From assembly GCF_009914755.1 (NCBI RefSeq), contig NC_060932.1: a stretch of 64,000 bases of DNA; one strand, given 5' to 3'. Positions 13,391 through 27,105 of this stretch are shown here, piece after piece. Every line of letters starts with the position of its first letter. Position 1 is the stretch's first letter. The translations under genes were made by a program, and so were the position numbers. Origin of the DNA: the human T2T-CHM13v2.0 reference genome, Homo sapiens. The notes beneath the pieces are model-generated. The model was not told the origin of the DNA and did not search any database. It saw nothing but the letters and a program-made list of their open reading frames with translations.

Positions 13391-13424
13391 ATCTGTCCTT
13401 GTTTTAAAATTCTGTTTGTATCTG

Positions 13425-13526
13425 CTCAATATCTAAAATCTGCCTCTCTTGAAACCAAATACAAGGCCCTTCTAAGTGTGAGCCCTGTGTTACTACACAG
13501 GTTGTATGTCCTTGAATTGGGCCCTG
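13425..13526 (-). mobile_element. MER45A-like (hAT-Tip100) relic
   Basis: Reverse strand CAGGGCCCAATTCAAGGACATACAACCTGTGTAGTAACACAGGGCTCACACTTAGAAGGGCC. Confidence 0.65.
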
Positions 13527-13699
13527 TTTGTAGTCCTCACCTGGAGAGGTGGAGAATTTTGTATTCCTTTTTTTTATGAGCAGTTATTATAGATTGGCTC
13601 ACTGGACACCCACACCAACTCACTTCTGGTGCATCTTATGTGATAGAAACTGAAAGCTACAGAAATAAATTAATTAATAAAAGAAAGAAGGAAGGAAGA

Positions 13700-14090
13700 G
13701 AGTGAGGGAGGAGGAAAGAAAAAAAAGTTTCAGCCCTTTCATGCAGCTAGAGAACCCATTTCTACCAAAAACTTGTATTGGTGGTAACTTGGAATGATGA
13801 AGTGAGCAAGTTAAGGTAATGGCTGTGTGCTGGGAAATGTTTTGTTCTTCTGGGGAAACAGTGACGGAGATTCTAATGTCTTGTCCCTGTTGTCCTCCTT
13901 TGAGCAGCAGGTCATAGCTCCAGTAGAGCTGCTGGAAGTAAAGTCTCCATTGTTGTTCATCATTGTCCAGCTGCATTGCTCCTGGCCATGGGGCATCGAG
14001 GCTTGGTTCTGCAATCCCTCCAGAAATTATTTAAGTCATATAATATCTTGTAATAAATCTTTCTCTACTTAAACCAGCTGGAGTGGATTC
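13700..14090 (+). mobile_element. ERVL-type LTR relic (LTR33/LTR16-like)
   Basis: 3' signature AATAAATCTTTCTCTACTTAAACCAGCTGGAGTGGATTC. Confidence 0.5.
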
Positions 14091-14606
14091 AAAAAATACA
14101 ATTTAGAAGGCAAAATTGTGCTTTGGCAGTCATAGGGTAGAGGTGGAATATGATGGGGAGAACAGAGGTACATAAAGAAATAAGCCCATCACAACCCAGA
14201 GAAGTTCCATAAAAAGTTCCCATCAGACTTTCAGTTCTAGCTACTTCACTGCTGAAAAATACAGTTTGTCAATTACAGCTAAATTTGCTTTGGGGTCTCC
14301 CTACTGGAATCCCATAAAATGCTATTTTTAGGCATTCACTCATTCATTTAGTCAAATAGCATGTATCAATCAAGTGCTTCACCAGGTTAACCACGATTAG
14401 AGAATTCAAGTGACTTTGATTTATGCAATGTCTTTTCCTTAAAATGTACAAAAGCCCAAGTAATAACTTGCTATTTTCAAAAAATCTTAAACAGGAATCC
14501 TTTTTATAAAACAAAGAGAGTTCACAGGTAAACAGGATGTGGTTTCTGACCTTCAGGGAAATTTCATCCAGTTGGATAAACAGATCAGAAAACTAATCAT
14601 ACATAG

Positions 14607-15122
<516 letters not shown>

Positions 15123-15130
15123 TAACTCTT

Positions 15131-15884
15131 TTTTTTTTTTTTAATTTTATTTTATTATTATTATACTTTAAGTTTTAGGGTACATGTGCACAACGTGCAG
15201 GTTTGTTACATATGTAAACATGTGCCATGTTGGTGTGCTGCACCCATGAACTCGTCATTTAGCATTAGGTATATCTCCTAATGCTATCCCTCCCCCCTCC
15301 CCCACCCCACAACAGTCCCCAGTGTGTGATGTTCCCCTTCCTGTGTCCATGTGTTCTCATTGTTCAGTTCCCACCTATGAGTGAGAACATGTGGTGTTTG
15401 GTTTTCTGTCCTTGCGATAGTTTGCTGAGAATGATGGTTTCCAGTTACAACCATGTTCCTACAAAGGACATGAACTCATCATTTTTTATGGCTGCATAGT
15501 ATTCCATGGTGTATATGTGCCACATTTTCTTAATCCAGTCTATTATTGTTGGACATTTGGGTTGGTTCCAAGTCTTTGCTATTGTGAATAGTCTCGCAAT
15601 ACACATACGTGTGCATGTGTCTTTATAGCAGCATGATTTATAATCCCTTGGGTATATACCCAGTAATGGGATGGCTGGGTCAAATGGTATTTCTAGTTCT
15701 AGATCCCTGAGGAATCGCCACACTGACTTCCACAATGGTTGAACTAGTTTACAGCCCCACCAACAGTGTAAAAGTGTTCCTATTTCTCCACATCCTCTCC
15801 AGGATGTCAAGAACAGGAAACCTGTTGTTTCCTGACTTTTTAATGATCGCCATTCTAACTGGTGTGAGATGATATCTCATTGTA
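15131..15884 (-). mobile_element. L1PA 3' end (younger primate L1), 5'-truncated
   Basis: L1PA 3'UTR and ORF2 C-terminus (ELEIPFDPAIPLLGIYPRDYKSCCYKDTCTRM); TSD GTGCCTAACTCTT at 15118-15130 and 15885-15897. Confidence 0.95.
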
Positions 15885-17669
15885 GTGCCTAACTCTTAAG
15901 CAGGGCCAGTGCTCTACTAGAACTTCTGTAGTCTCAGCTCTCATGCACATAGAAGTGCAAGCATCCCACTGAGAGGTAACTGAAGACACTCACAGGCTGC
16001 TGAGCTGGCCTTGACTTGGCTTCAGCCAAGAATGGTCATTCATGTGTCTCTGGATGAAGACACAGGGATGCAGAGTGACTTAGTCAAGTCTGACTTTGAG
16101 GCAAGCCTTCAAAGTCAGTATTCAGTTACTTCATCTTGTAAAAGCACCACACTTCATGTGACAAAGTAAGTGAAAAAGTAGCTGAGTCTGTCTTGGGTGA
16201 CTGTTTAAACTCATTTAAACATGTCGGAAAAAAACACAAAAACCAGCAAACCAAACGTACCATGATTGCTGACATTTCAGCTCTTTATGTTTGACCTGTG
16301 CAACAAACAGACAGATTCTTGTTTTCTCATTCTGGAGAAAGCTTATGGGAGGTTTCTCTCCAAGACAATGAATGACACAGGTAATCAAAGTGCAAATGGC
16401 ACCTGCTGTCATCCATGCAGCAGTACTGTTATTCAGGATGTTGAAATGCAGATGCTTAGTCAGGAGGTGGATTGAGGATTGGAATTTGGGAGAGATGGAT
16501 ACCAACATTTTGTTTATAGGATCGTCTAACCAACAATGGTGATAGGCTCTCAATCTTCATCAGCACAACCACAGGAGACCTGGAAGCTTCTACAAATATT
16601 CTCACATGCCAGCTGAATTTAGAAGACTTTTGACTCAGAATAAGGTAATATTAAACTTACAGTGAGAACAATATTTTTCATAAAGTTTTTGAGACAGCAC
16701 GAACATCTGTTGAGTTTTGAAAATGGAGAGAGAACCCAAAGATTTCAGGTTAGAGGAAAATATAGTTTTTTCTTTCTGGTTACAAGGCTGGTTACCCATA
16801 CGATATTCTGAGTCAAGAAAAGAATTTTCTAAGATAAAGAAATAATGCCCTCAAAGGACTTCTTTCCTGTAGGCAAATTCCAATGAAAAAAATTCTCCTA
16901 TCCGTTCTCACTCCTGCAGGTCGGGTGCCGGGAGGTAAAACTGCCTTGCACTCTGAGCTGAACCTCCTGATGAGGAGAGGTGGGGTTACAGTTACATTTC
17001 AGTTTTACAAACCATTCTCTTTACTAACCTGCAATAGTTTGACCTCATTTGTGTAGATCTTAACTCCTTGACTGTGGCTTGTTTAATGGATTTAGTAACA
17101 TGGAAACCCAAGTAAGAGCCATTTTGCTGAAGTGTGGTGGCAGAGGCCAGATTTTTGAGAGTGGTGGACAGACTCGGGGTGAGAAAGTTGACCCTGAGGA
17201 CCAGAAGAGGGGATGGAGAGGAATATAGGTCCAGGAAGGTAGGAGTCTTCAGTTTACTTTTTCTTTAGGGCCTTATTGTTATATTTTACATGAGAGAGTC
17301 TGGAACATGTTTGAATATAGTTGAAAAGGGTGAGGGAGGTGGTGGGAGAGGGAGAGGAAGATTAAAATTGACATGGATGATACTGGAGACTGAGTTTTAT
17401 TCTACCTGTAGGGTTTCTGAGACACAGAGAGGAGCGGTGTTAAGAGCACGTGTGGAAGAAATGGTCTGTGTTGGGTGGAGAAAGGAGGAGACAGGTGCAG
17501 ATTCAGGGATTGCTGTCCATCTGGTCACTTCCATTATCTTTGAATTAGGAGGCAAGGCTATCCGCGGAGGTGTGGGGTGTGGGTAGAGCAGGATTACAAG
17601 TTTGAAGGAATGATGGTTGAAATCATCACTTAAGAGAATGGAATAATAAGCTGACTAGAGAAACTTTTC

Positions 17670-18110
17670 AGCTCCAATCAGCTGTTTTGATATATCAGGT
17701 ACTATTATTGGCATCAAAGATATAGCAACTTACATTCCAGAGAGGAAATACAGATATACTCAAAAAAGCTAATAAATAGGTAATATGTCAGGTGTTATCT
17801 GCTACAAAAAAGTAATAAAGCAGAAGGAAAAGAGAACAGGGAGAAGGGTTCCATTTTATACAGAGTGTTCTGCTAAGGTGACATTTGAGCAGAAAGCTGA
17901 AGCAAGTGAGGAAGTCAGCTATGCAGAAACCTGAGACAGGAGCATTCCAGGTAGCAGTAACACACCTGGTACAGTGACAAAAGCAAAGGGGCTGTGTGCC
18001 TGGAGCACAGGGAGCAAGTGGCATCAGAGGAGGAAGGAGGGACAAGCAGGGAGCCATGCCCTGGAAGTCTTGTCAGCCAAGGTGAGGACTTCGGATTTTA
18101 ATTTGGGCAA
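17670..18110 (-). mobile_element. L2 relic
   Basis: AAGGTGACATTTGAGCAGAAAGCTGAAG...GCATTCCAGGTAGCAG typical L2 motifs. Confidence 0.7.
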
Positions 18111-18399
18111 TTGGGAAACTCAGATTTACTCTATCTGCCTCATACCAGCCCCTTTGGACAGAGCCTCAGTTTGCAATGTCTGTGCACCTGGTTCCTGGCT
18201 TTGCCTTCACAGTGTTCCTAGATGCCAATCTGTTAGGTCAGGTTGACCAGATGACTAGGCCCCCATTATCTATGAGGGGGTTCATGTAAGTTGTAGTGTA
18301 TATGTGCACGTGTGTGTGTGTGTGGACATGACACAAGTTTCTTTGGTAAAGGAAGTAAAAGCCCTGACAATCTGAACATAATCTATTGACCTTTCACGG

Positions 18400-18885
<486 letters not shown>

Positions 18886-19321
18886 AGATCCTCAAAGAAA
18901 ACAGGAAGGTTTTCCTCCTGCATTTAAGTTCATTTTTCAGGGATCCTTCTCATTCTAAACACATTCTAACAGGCCTTCTCTACTTTCTCTGAATGAAGTG
19001 GAAACATTTCTATGATTACTTTGTTACACAGTGGAGCATACATCTAATTATTTGTGTAGTGGGAAATCATTCCTTTCTCTCTTGCCTATTCTCAAGATCC
19101 AGATCCTTTTGTCTTTCTAGATAAGAGTCCTCTCGCCTTGCAGTTTGAATCTCTTCAGCACATTAGATGCCTCGCATTAGCATCCCCTGAACTGAGTGGA
19201 GTTAAATAACTCAGTGCGCGATTGACATGCTCATCACAAGGCCTTTGTAAAAGATATCCCAGCATCTTCTTGATATTGAGTTCAGTAAAGGAAGTAAAAG
19301 CCCTGACAATCTGAACATAAC

Positions 19322-19462
19322 TTTTTTCTGTTTCTTTTCTTTTTTTTTTTGAGATAGAGTATTGCTCTACCGTCCAGGCTGGAGTGCAGTGGTATGATCA
19401 CAGCTCACTGCAGCCAAAGCTGCATAGCCAGGACTGCAGGCATTGGGCCACCATGCCCAGCC
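19322..19462 (-). mobile_element. Alu monomer or internally deleted AluJ fragment
   Basis: T-tail, CCAGGCTGGAGTGCAGTGG...CCACCATGCCCAGCC. Confidence 0.8.
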
Positions 19463-19719
19463 TCCCTAATATTTGTTACAGTGAGCATGCTGTTTACACA
19501 TGGCCTGTGCACAGTCTTAATGAGAGCCATTCTGGGGATAAAATGATCAGATGTCTGCCCTAGAGGAGCAGTTTCATATGGCAGGTGTAGCGCAGAGCCC
19601 GAAGGGTGTGGCACTACCAGATCATTGGTCAGGCCATGGGAATGTCCAGGTAACCAGCAGTCAGCAGTCATTATAGATGGGCAGAGTTTGGGAACATGGC
19701 CTGACAACAATGGGTTCAA

Positions 19720-20236
19720 TTTATTGAGCTTGTATCATGCACCAGGCAGTGTGCTTCACATTAACGATCTCCTTTAATTCTCACAGTCACTACAGAATAT
19801 GCACTGTTGTTCCATTTTACTAAGAGGTTGAAAGAGAAGTTAAGGGGCCTGCCCACTATCATATAATTAACAGGGAATGCTAATTTTCCAATCCATGTGT
19901 ATAGTTGTCCCCCCTTATCCACAAGGAATACACTTGAAGACCCCTTGAAAGTGTGGATAGTACCAAACCGTATATATACTGTTTTTCCCTATATGTACAT
20001 ACCTATGATAAAGTTTAAATTAGCCACTGTAAGAGATTAACAATAATAACTAAAAATTAAATAAAACATTTATAACAATATACTGTAATAAAAGTTGTGA
20101 ATGTGGTCTCTCTCTGTGGCTCTCAAAATATCTTACTGTACTGTACCACAGGTAAGTGAAACCATGTACAGTGAAACCGAAGATATGGAGAGACTACTGT
20201 GCCTGACTCCAGGGCCATATTATTAACCTCTGCACT
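19720..20236 (-). mobile_element. MIR split by MER44
   Basis: MIR-like sequence at 19720-19900 resumes at about 20200 (GCCTGACTCCAGGGCC...TTAACCTCTGCACTA). Confidence 0.55.
19902..20200. mobile_element. MER44A (TcMar-Tigger) relic
   Basis: Degenerate terminal inverted repeats (TIRs) TAGTTGTCCCCCCTTATC / GATATGGGAGAGACTACTG and MER44 internal sequence. Confidence 0.85.
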
Positions 20237-22683
20237 AGAATCCCGTGTCAGAAATTGAGCTCGTCAGACCATTAACTTCAAGGTGGTGTGGCTGCTGGGT
20301 CCTAACGTACTTGCCTGGTGAGGAGTTCCTAAGTGGGAAAGCCTGGGTGTAAAGGAGGAGTGGTGCATCCAGGATGTTCTCAGAATAGAATTCTACTAAA
20401 AGGAATGGGCGTCCGAGGCCCAGGATCAGGTGAGTTACTCAAACCAGGGTGTCCCATCTGTGCTCAGCTCCCTGTGCCATGTGATGGGGGGCCATTCTCC
20501 GATTTGTGAGGACAGCTGGAAGCACATGATCATCAGGTAAGCTTAGTCCTGGCTAGGGTGGGTTGAGCCAGTGGGTGACAAGTGACTATGTGACCAGGTT
20601 GGTCCTTGAAAGATGACTGAGGTTTGGACACCTTTGCGGGGTGGAGATGAGAGGAAAGAGAGAGAAATGCATTTTTGCCTGAGCAAAAAGGGGCCTTGTT
20701 TGTCTTGTTCATTTCATTTATCTAAATTCATGTTCAAGAAAAATACGAACAATTAATGGAAAACAGCCACAAACTTATGGAAAAGCAGATAGTGGAATAC
20801 ACAAGAAATTTTTAAGAGTCTACAATAAAGGGTAAGTGTGAGTTTGGAAAGAAAACTTTTTAAACTGCTCTGGCTAAAAACTGCTGGGCCAAGACCTGGA
20901 AACAGCAGGGATGCATCTCATCTTGCACAGGAATGTGGATAAATAGGTTTCAATGCATAAGACATGTGAGTCTACCCAAGGCACACACATGCAGTTTCCA
21001 TCAAATTCCACACACTCGGTTCTGTTGGAAATAAGCATGTCATCTGTGTGATTCAGTTCAATGGTTGGTCTAATGGATTAGGATGAAATGCTGCTTCATG
21101 AATAGGAATTGGGTGCTGAGGTATCTCGTGTCTGTGAATAAGGTGAGAGTGACTGATTCTTGCAGTGGTTGATACTGGCGATTACCAAGTAATAAGTTAA
21201 CACTCCAGAGCCTAGGGAATATAAGTAGTGTGAATTAATATGACAACAATAGTTTGCATAGGAAGACTGAGAATGTGCTAACTAGCCAAAGTTGCTGAAA
21301 TCTTAATTAGGTATTTTGATACATAATGAAGGATATTTGCTCACCTCAGTAACTGTCATCAATTAAAAGAGATGGACAGGGAGAATTACATTGCACTTAA
21401 TTTTATCTGAATATTTAATCACCAATAATGGAGATGAAAATTTATGAGATATTTTGACATTCTGGGAAATACAGCAAAGTTAATATTGTTAGAAGCTTCT
21501 CAGCTGTGCATTGCTCAGAAGTGAAAACGTCCATAACAGCTATAGAGACTGGGGAGATTCACAAATTCAACTTTTTAGATCATTTGGAAGAATTTTCTCT
21601 CCAGACAGATTTTTTTTCCTAAAACAATTTGTCAATTGTTTTTAATTACTAAATTTCAAAGTAAAGACTGTTTATAACAGCTAATTACAGAAAATAATCA
21701 TGTCCTCACAATGCTAAATTTATATCTACCATATATTAATATTTGCTCCCAAATGGCAACTGCCCAGGTCAGCTGAGCTCACCTGAAATTCTAGAAGAGA
21801 AAGCAGGTGAAGATCAGAGTAGTGGATGCTATTTGGAGTGGGACCTTCCTTTCTTTTCTGTTTTTCAAAGTTAATTTGATTTATCAAAAAATATTTATGT
21901 GATTATGAGAAGCTATTTGTGTGTGCTCATATAGATGACAGTAGCCTGTATATAATTTGTGAGGGTAAAGAAAGCAAAATGTAAAAAGAAGAGATGTATA
22001 CATTCATGTGCCAATGCTCCTTTCATGTAAAACCTAGGAAAGGACAAAAAAGAAGGCAGAGAAAAAGTCAAAATAGTGTTAACTACGTTCATTCATGCAT
22101 TCACTCTCTCTCTGTTCATTCTTCCCAGCATGGCAATGAGCTCCATTTTCCTGGGTGTCTCTTACATAGTGGGAAGAGAGACATGGGGTGGTCAGAAGAC
22201 CTGGCTTCTGCCTTTATCACTGCCATTTATTAGCTGCATGACTCTGAGGAAGTTACAATCTCTGAGTTGCAGTTTCTTCATTTGTATGTGGAGTAATAAT
22301 ATCTGTAACCCTGCCTTGGTGGGCTCTTGCACCAAATGAAGCAAGTTGTTTTGTGAAACTTCATTTAGCTTATACCCTTTGTTAAAATGCACACATATAC
22401 TGAGTGCTGTTCACCACATTGAGCAGATTCAGTGGATGATGTCATTTAATTCTCGCAACCCAAGCCCTAATAAGCAGACAGAGAATATGGGGTACAGAGT
22501 ACTTTGAGGGCACAGAGCTAGTAAATGGAGAAGCTGGATTTTTTTTTTTTAGTTTTTTGACAACATGCATAGTAGGAAATACATTTTACAGTCTGAATCA
22601 GTAGAGGTAGATATGATAAATATATGCATACCTGTATCTACACATATATGTATGAATGGAAAAACAAAAATTTCAGAAACAGT

Positions 22684-22722
22684 GTAATGGCAAAAGCCGC
22701 AATTACATTTGTACCAACCTAA
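22684..22722. mobile_element. MADE1/Hsmar1 half element (solo TIR) 1
   Basis: GTAATGGCAAAAGCCGCAATTACATTTGTACCAACCTAA followed by TA. Confidence 0.85.
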
Positions 22723-22752
22723 TATACATGTAAGTCTACACACATACATGGC

Positions 22753-22797
22753 TTGAAAGTAATGCCAAAAATCACAATTACATTTGCACCACCCTAA
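22753..22797. mobile_element. MADE1/Hsmar1 half element (solo TIR) 2
   Basis: TTGAAAGTAATGCCAAAAATCACAATTACATTTGCACCACCCTAA followed by TA. Confidence 0.85.
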
Positions 22798-23434
22798 TAT
22801 ATACAAATATATTCTAAATTGAATATATTCTGTTCTATATTATTTCTTTTTTATGATAACATACTAAATGGATTATACAAATCAATTGTGATGCACAGTT
22901 TTTAAAACACTTATCTAAAGCCTACACTCTTTAACCACTATGTTGTAATCCTTCTATTTAGAGCAGATCTTTATACATAGTAGATATGCAATATATATTT
23001 GTTGGATGTTGTATGAATAGGGACAGAAAGAATGAAATCTAAGGGTCCCCCCAAATCATATCTGAATCGGTGGCTTCACTCTTTGACCATCTGTAATGTT
23101 AACTCTTTTCCCTCAGTTGATGACAAGGAGCATAGTCCAACATGTCCATTGCTTTCTGTATTGCTTTCTGCTTTCTCTGTCATCGGAGCTGTCTACTGAG
23201 GAAAAGCCAAGGACAGATGGCTCCCTGGATAGAGGAGTCTTCAAAAAACAGGGAGAGTAAAGTCAAAGCTGAGATTTTCCAGTTTATGCCCATTACACCT
23301 TGTACACCTCCTCTGGGCACCTTCCTGACCCCTGACCCAGCAGGCCGGTGCACTCACACCCTTCCTGCATGTTGACCACTTCCTCTCTCTGGTCTTTGGA
23401 AGTGGAACAGCTCTGAAGAAAACATTGGATATAA

Positions 23435-23773
<339 letters not shown>

Positions 23774-25149
23774 CATGCTCACTAATTTGTCTTTACTGCA
23801 AACAATTTACAATATACTCACCATTATTTTATAATCAAGACACATTGTTGGATGTGCCTGGGGTGAGCAGGGAATTATTTTGGCAGCAGCAGATGCACTT
23901 CCTGAGAACAGTCTCAACTTGACAAATACTTGGGGTTGAATGAATGACTCTTCAAGTATTTCCTCAGTTTCATGACTGCTTTTTAAGCATTTTAAACAAA
24001 GATCATATCCTTTAATTTTTTTCCTCACACCAGCAAAGTGTTATGCACATGAGAGTTTTGAGTAAGTAGTAGTATGTGGGTAATAGTGTATTGAATATAA
24101 TATCAACGCTCCACGAATAGTCTAAATGCCTTTAATGACTGTGTTATCAGAAAGCTTGGCCAGCAGTCAAACAATAATAATTGGAAGAGTTAAAACATAT
24201 AGATTTCGATCTTTTTTGCTCCCTAATAACAAATGAATTGTACATCCTCTTTTTACTGTGGGTAAACCTGATGTGTTTTAACAAATTGGTTATGCTTCTT
24301 TAGTGATGGAGACTTTAAAATGGTAGATATAAAAAAAGTGAGAAAGTCTGTTAAATCATTTTAGCTTAAGTTTAAACAACTTTAGCTCTTAAAATACTTC
24401 CAAAAAACACTCTTGGGCTTCCCACATGTATTACAGTTTTAAATTAACAACAACTGGCATATCCAGAAAAGAATATGTAAAAAAGAAAGCATTCAAAGGC
24501 ACCCGTCTTTGAGGCATAGAGAGAGAGCTAATTACAATATAGCATGAATAAGTGCCTGTTATCTCTGCTGAGGACAGAACTGGAATGAATATATGGCCTT
24601 AACTCCAGAAAACCGATAATGTTAGACATTTCTGAAAACAATAGTTTTTAGATTCTGGAGCTGAACTTATAGTGTAAGCATTTTATGTCTAGTAATCTCC
24701 TAGACTCCCAGGTCAACTCCTGGGAAGATAGCCCAATAATCTGCTAGAAAAAAGGTTAGAAGACCTTCTACAAAGTCAAAAGAAAGTTGGAGGTGGGAAT
24801 GGGTTAGGGATGTGAGTAGAGAGAGGAGGGGAAAAAAAAAAGAAAACTTGTGAAATTCCTTGGAGGCCTTTCAACCTCTCCCTAAAGATTTTAAAATTTA
24901 CCTTTAAAGTGATTACCTCAATTGTCCATTATTTACCAGTCAATTATTATATATTGAGCACCTGCTGTGATCAAGGCATTTAGTTAAATCCAAGAGGAAT
25001 CTAAAGAATAGCAGGTTTCCTCAAGGTCTTTTAGGGATTATTATATAATTGGAAAGGAAAATATAAAAATATCTGAAATTAATAATCTGAATAACTTATA
25101 ACCCAAAGCTAAAAATGTTAAGAGGTTTAGATGCTTCACAGAAGAGAAC

Positions 25150-25440
25150 TTTTTTTTTTTTTTTTTTTTGAAATAGGGGCTTGCTCTGTTGCCCAGGCTG
25201 GAGTGCAGTGGCACACTGCAGTCTCAAACTCCTGGGCTCAAGTGATCTTCCTGCTTCAACCTCTCAAGTAGCTGGGACTACAGGTGCATGCCACCACACC
25301 TGGCTAATTTTTATTTATTTATTTTTTTTGTAGAAACAAGGTCTCATTCTTCTGCCCAGGCTGGTCTCGAACTCCTGATCTCAAGTGATCCTCCCACCTT
25401 GGCCTTCCAAAGTGCTAGGATTACAGATGTGAGCTTGCCC
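25150..25440 (-). mobile_element. AluJ
   Basis: Diverged dimer with J-type CTCCTGGGCTCAAGTGATC; CTTCACAGAA on both flanks. Confidence 0.9.
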
Positions 25441-26830
25441 TTCACAGAAAATTATAAAAGACCCAACCTTGGAATGAAAGAAAAATTTGGATAGTAACAA
25501 TAATAACTTTATTATCTAGTATAAAGGGCACACCCAACTGTATTATTTGTATTAAAAAGATTGTTCTGGTATCTTGAAAGTGTGGCTGTTTTTACATGTC
25601 TAATTAATAATCTCACACAGTGAAGGAGCTGTCTCATTACCTTCTTGAAGCCCGCCATGACTTTGGCGTTCTACAATGTATACCAAGGAGGGATGACTAA
25701 TTCCAAAGCAAATGTCCGTTCATGCTCAGTCCAGAGGGTTCCTTTTTTTTTGTTCTCAGGCTGTCTCACCAGTTACTCCTTTATTGATATTTAGCTCATT
25801 TATGTAAGTTTGCCAGCTCAAGAGAGATAATAGGTGAGGGAGAACTTGAAGTCAATGGAGGCCACAAGGCTTTTGGATCATCTGTTGATACCAAAACCCA
25901 ATTTATTCTACCCCTCCAATAACGAAACCAAGAGCATGTGCTCTGGGAAGAGGAAAGAGAGAGGAGCTGGGCAAAGTGGAGAAATGCGAGAAGTTTTTAA
26001 AGTCAGCTCACAGGAAAGTATTTAGAGAATCATCTCAGAAAAAAATAGAATAGATACAAATGAAGTCTTTCTTAGATGCTCTAGAAATATATTAATATAA
26101 CAGTGGTTGCTAAAGAGCACTTAAATATTTCTAAAGCATGATGTCTAAAAATTGAAGCTAAGTGCCACCAAGCAAGGGATGTGCTTCTAATTAAAGGTAA
26201 CTGTCAATTTGTGTTTCTTTTTATGAAATGAGGCCTACATTCAGCTCATTTATTTATTCAACAAATATTGTTGAGGGTCTACCATGCACTGGTCACTGTA
26301 CTAAGGGAAGGTGATAGAGTTTCTAGATGGAGATGCAGGGTTGAGGGAGGTGGTTCTTTTGCTTGCTTCATTTTGCTCACTTTTTATTTTTTTGGAGATG
26401 AGAGTAAATTGATGTTGGTTATGAAGGACCCCATGTAAAAAGATTAAGTTGAATATGCAGGGATGAGAGAAGATAACTGTCTAATTAAGTCCTAGAAGAG
26501 AGTGGAGGGATCAAGGTTGAGAACACAGATTCAGTGACCACCCTTAAGTAAGAAATGACGTGGCTCGTCTGTCTGAGATCTTTAAATTCTGTGCTTAATC
26601 TGTGCACAGTAAGGAGTGAAAGTGTACATGGTACCTGTGTATATTTTTTTCATATTGGGACAAGATTCTATAAACTCAAATTTGAATTCTCCTACAGCTG
26701 TCTGGCTTCAAACTCTGTTTCATCCTATTAAAAAGGGGGCAGTAATATCAGTCCCATATTTGTCCCAGGGGGATCCCACGTGCTGATGAGAAGGGACTTG
26801 CAATAAGGAAATGTAAGAAGTGCTGGCTTA

Positions 26831-27105
26831 GGCCGGGTGCAGTGGCTCATGCCTCTAATCCCAGCATTTTGGGAGGCCAGGGCAGGTGGATCATGAGGTC
26901 AGGAGTTCAAGACCAGCCTGGCCAACATGGTAAAACCCTATCTCTACTAAAAATACAAAAATTATCTGGATGCGGTGGCGGCAGGCCCCGGTAATCCCAG
27001 CTACTTGGGAGGCTGAGGCAGGAGGATTGCTTGAAACTTTTAGTGAGCCACTGTACTCCAGGCTGGGTGACAGAGCAAGACTCCGTCTCAAAAAAAAAAA
27101 AAAAA
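26831..27105 (+). mobile_element. Alu (AluSg-like) with right-arm deletion
   Basis: GGATCATGAGGTCAGGAGTTCAAG; TSD AGTGCTGGCTTA at 26819-26830 and 27107-27118. Confidence 0.93.

Noticed and set aside
15445-15810. 121-aa ORF with clear protein-like sequence (also 1564-1797, 8663-8857, 46320-46559)
   Set aside because: C-terminal remnants of L1 ORF2 in 5'-truncated dead copies
19181-19216. Nested short inverted repeats (GAGTTA-AA-TAACTC; ACTGAGT...ACTCAGT)
   Set aside because: Arms of 6-7 bp are expected by chance in 64 kb
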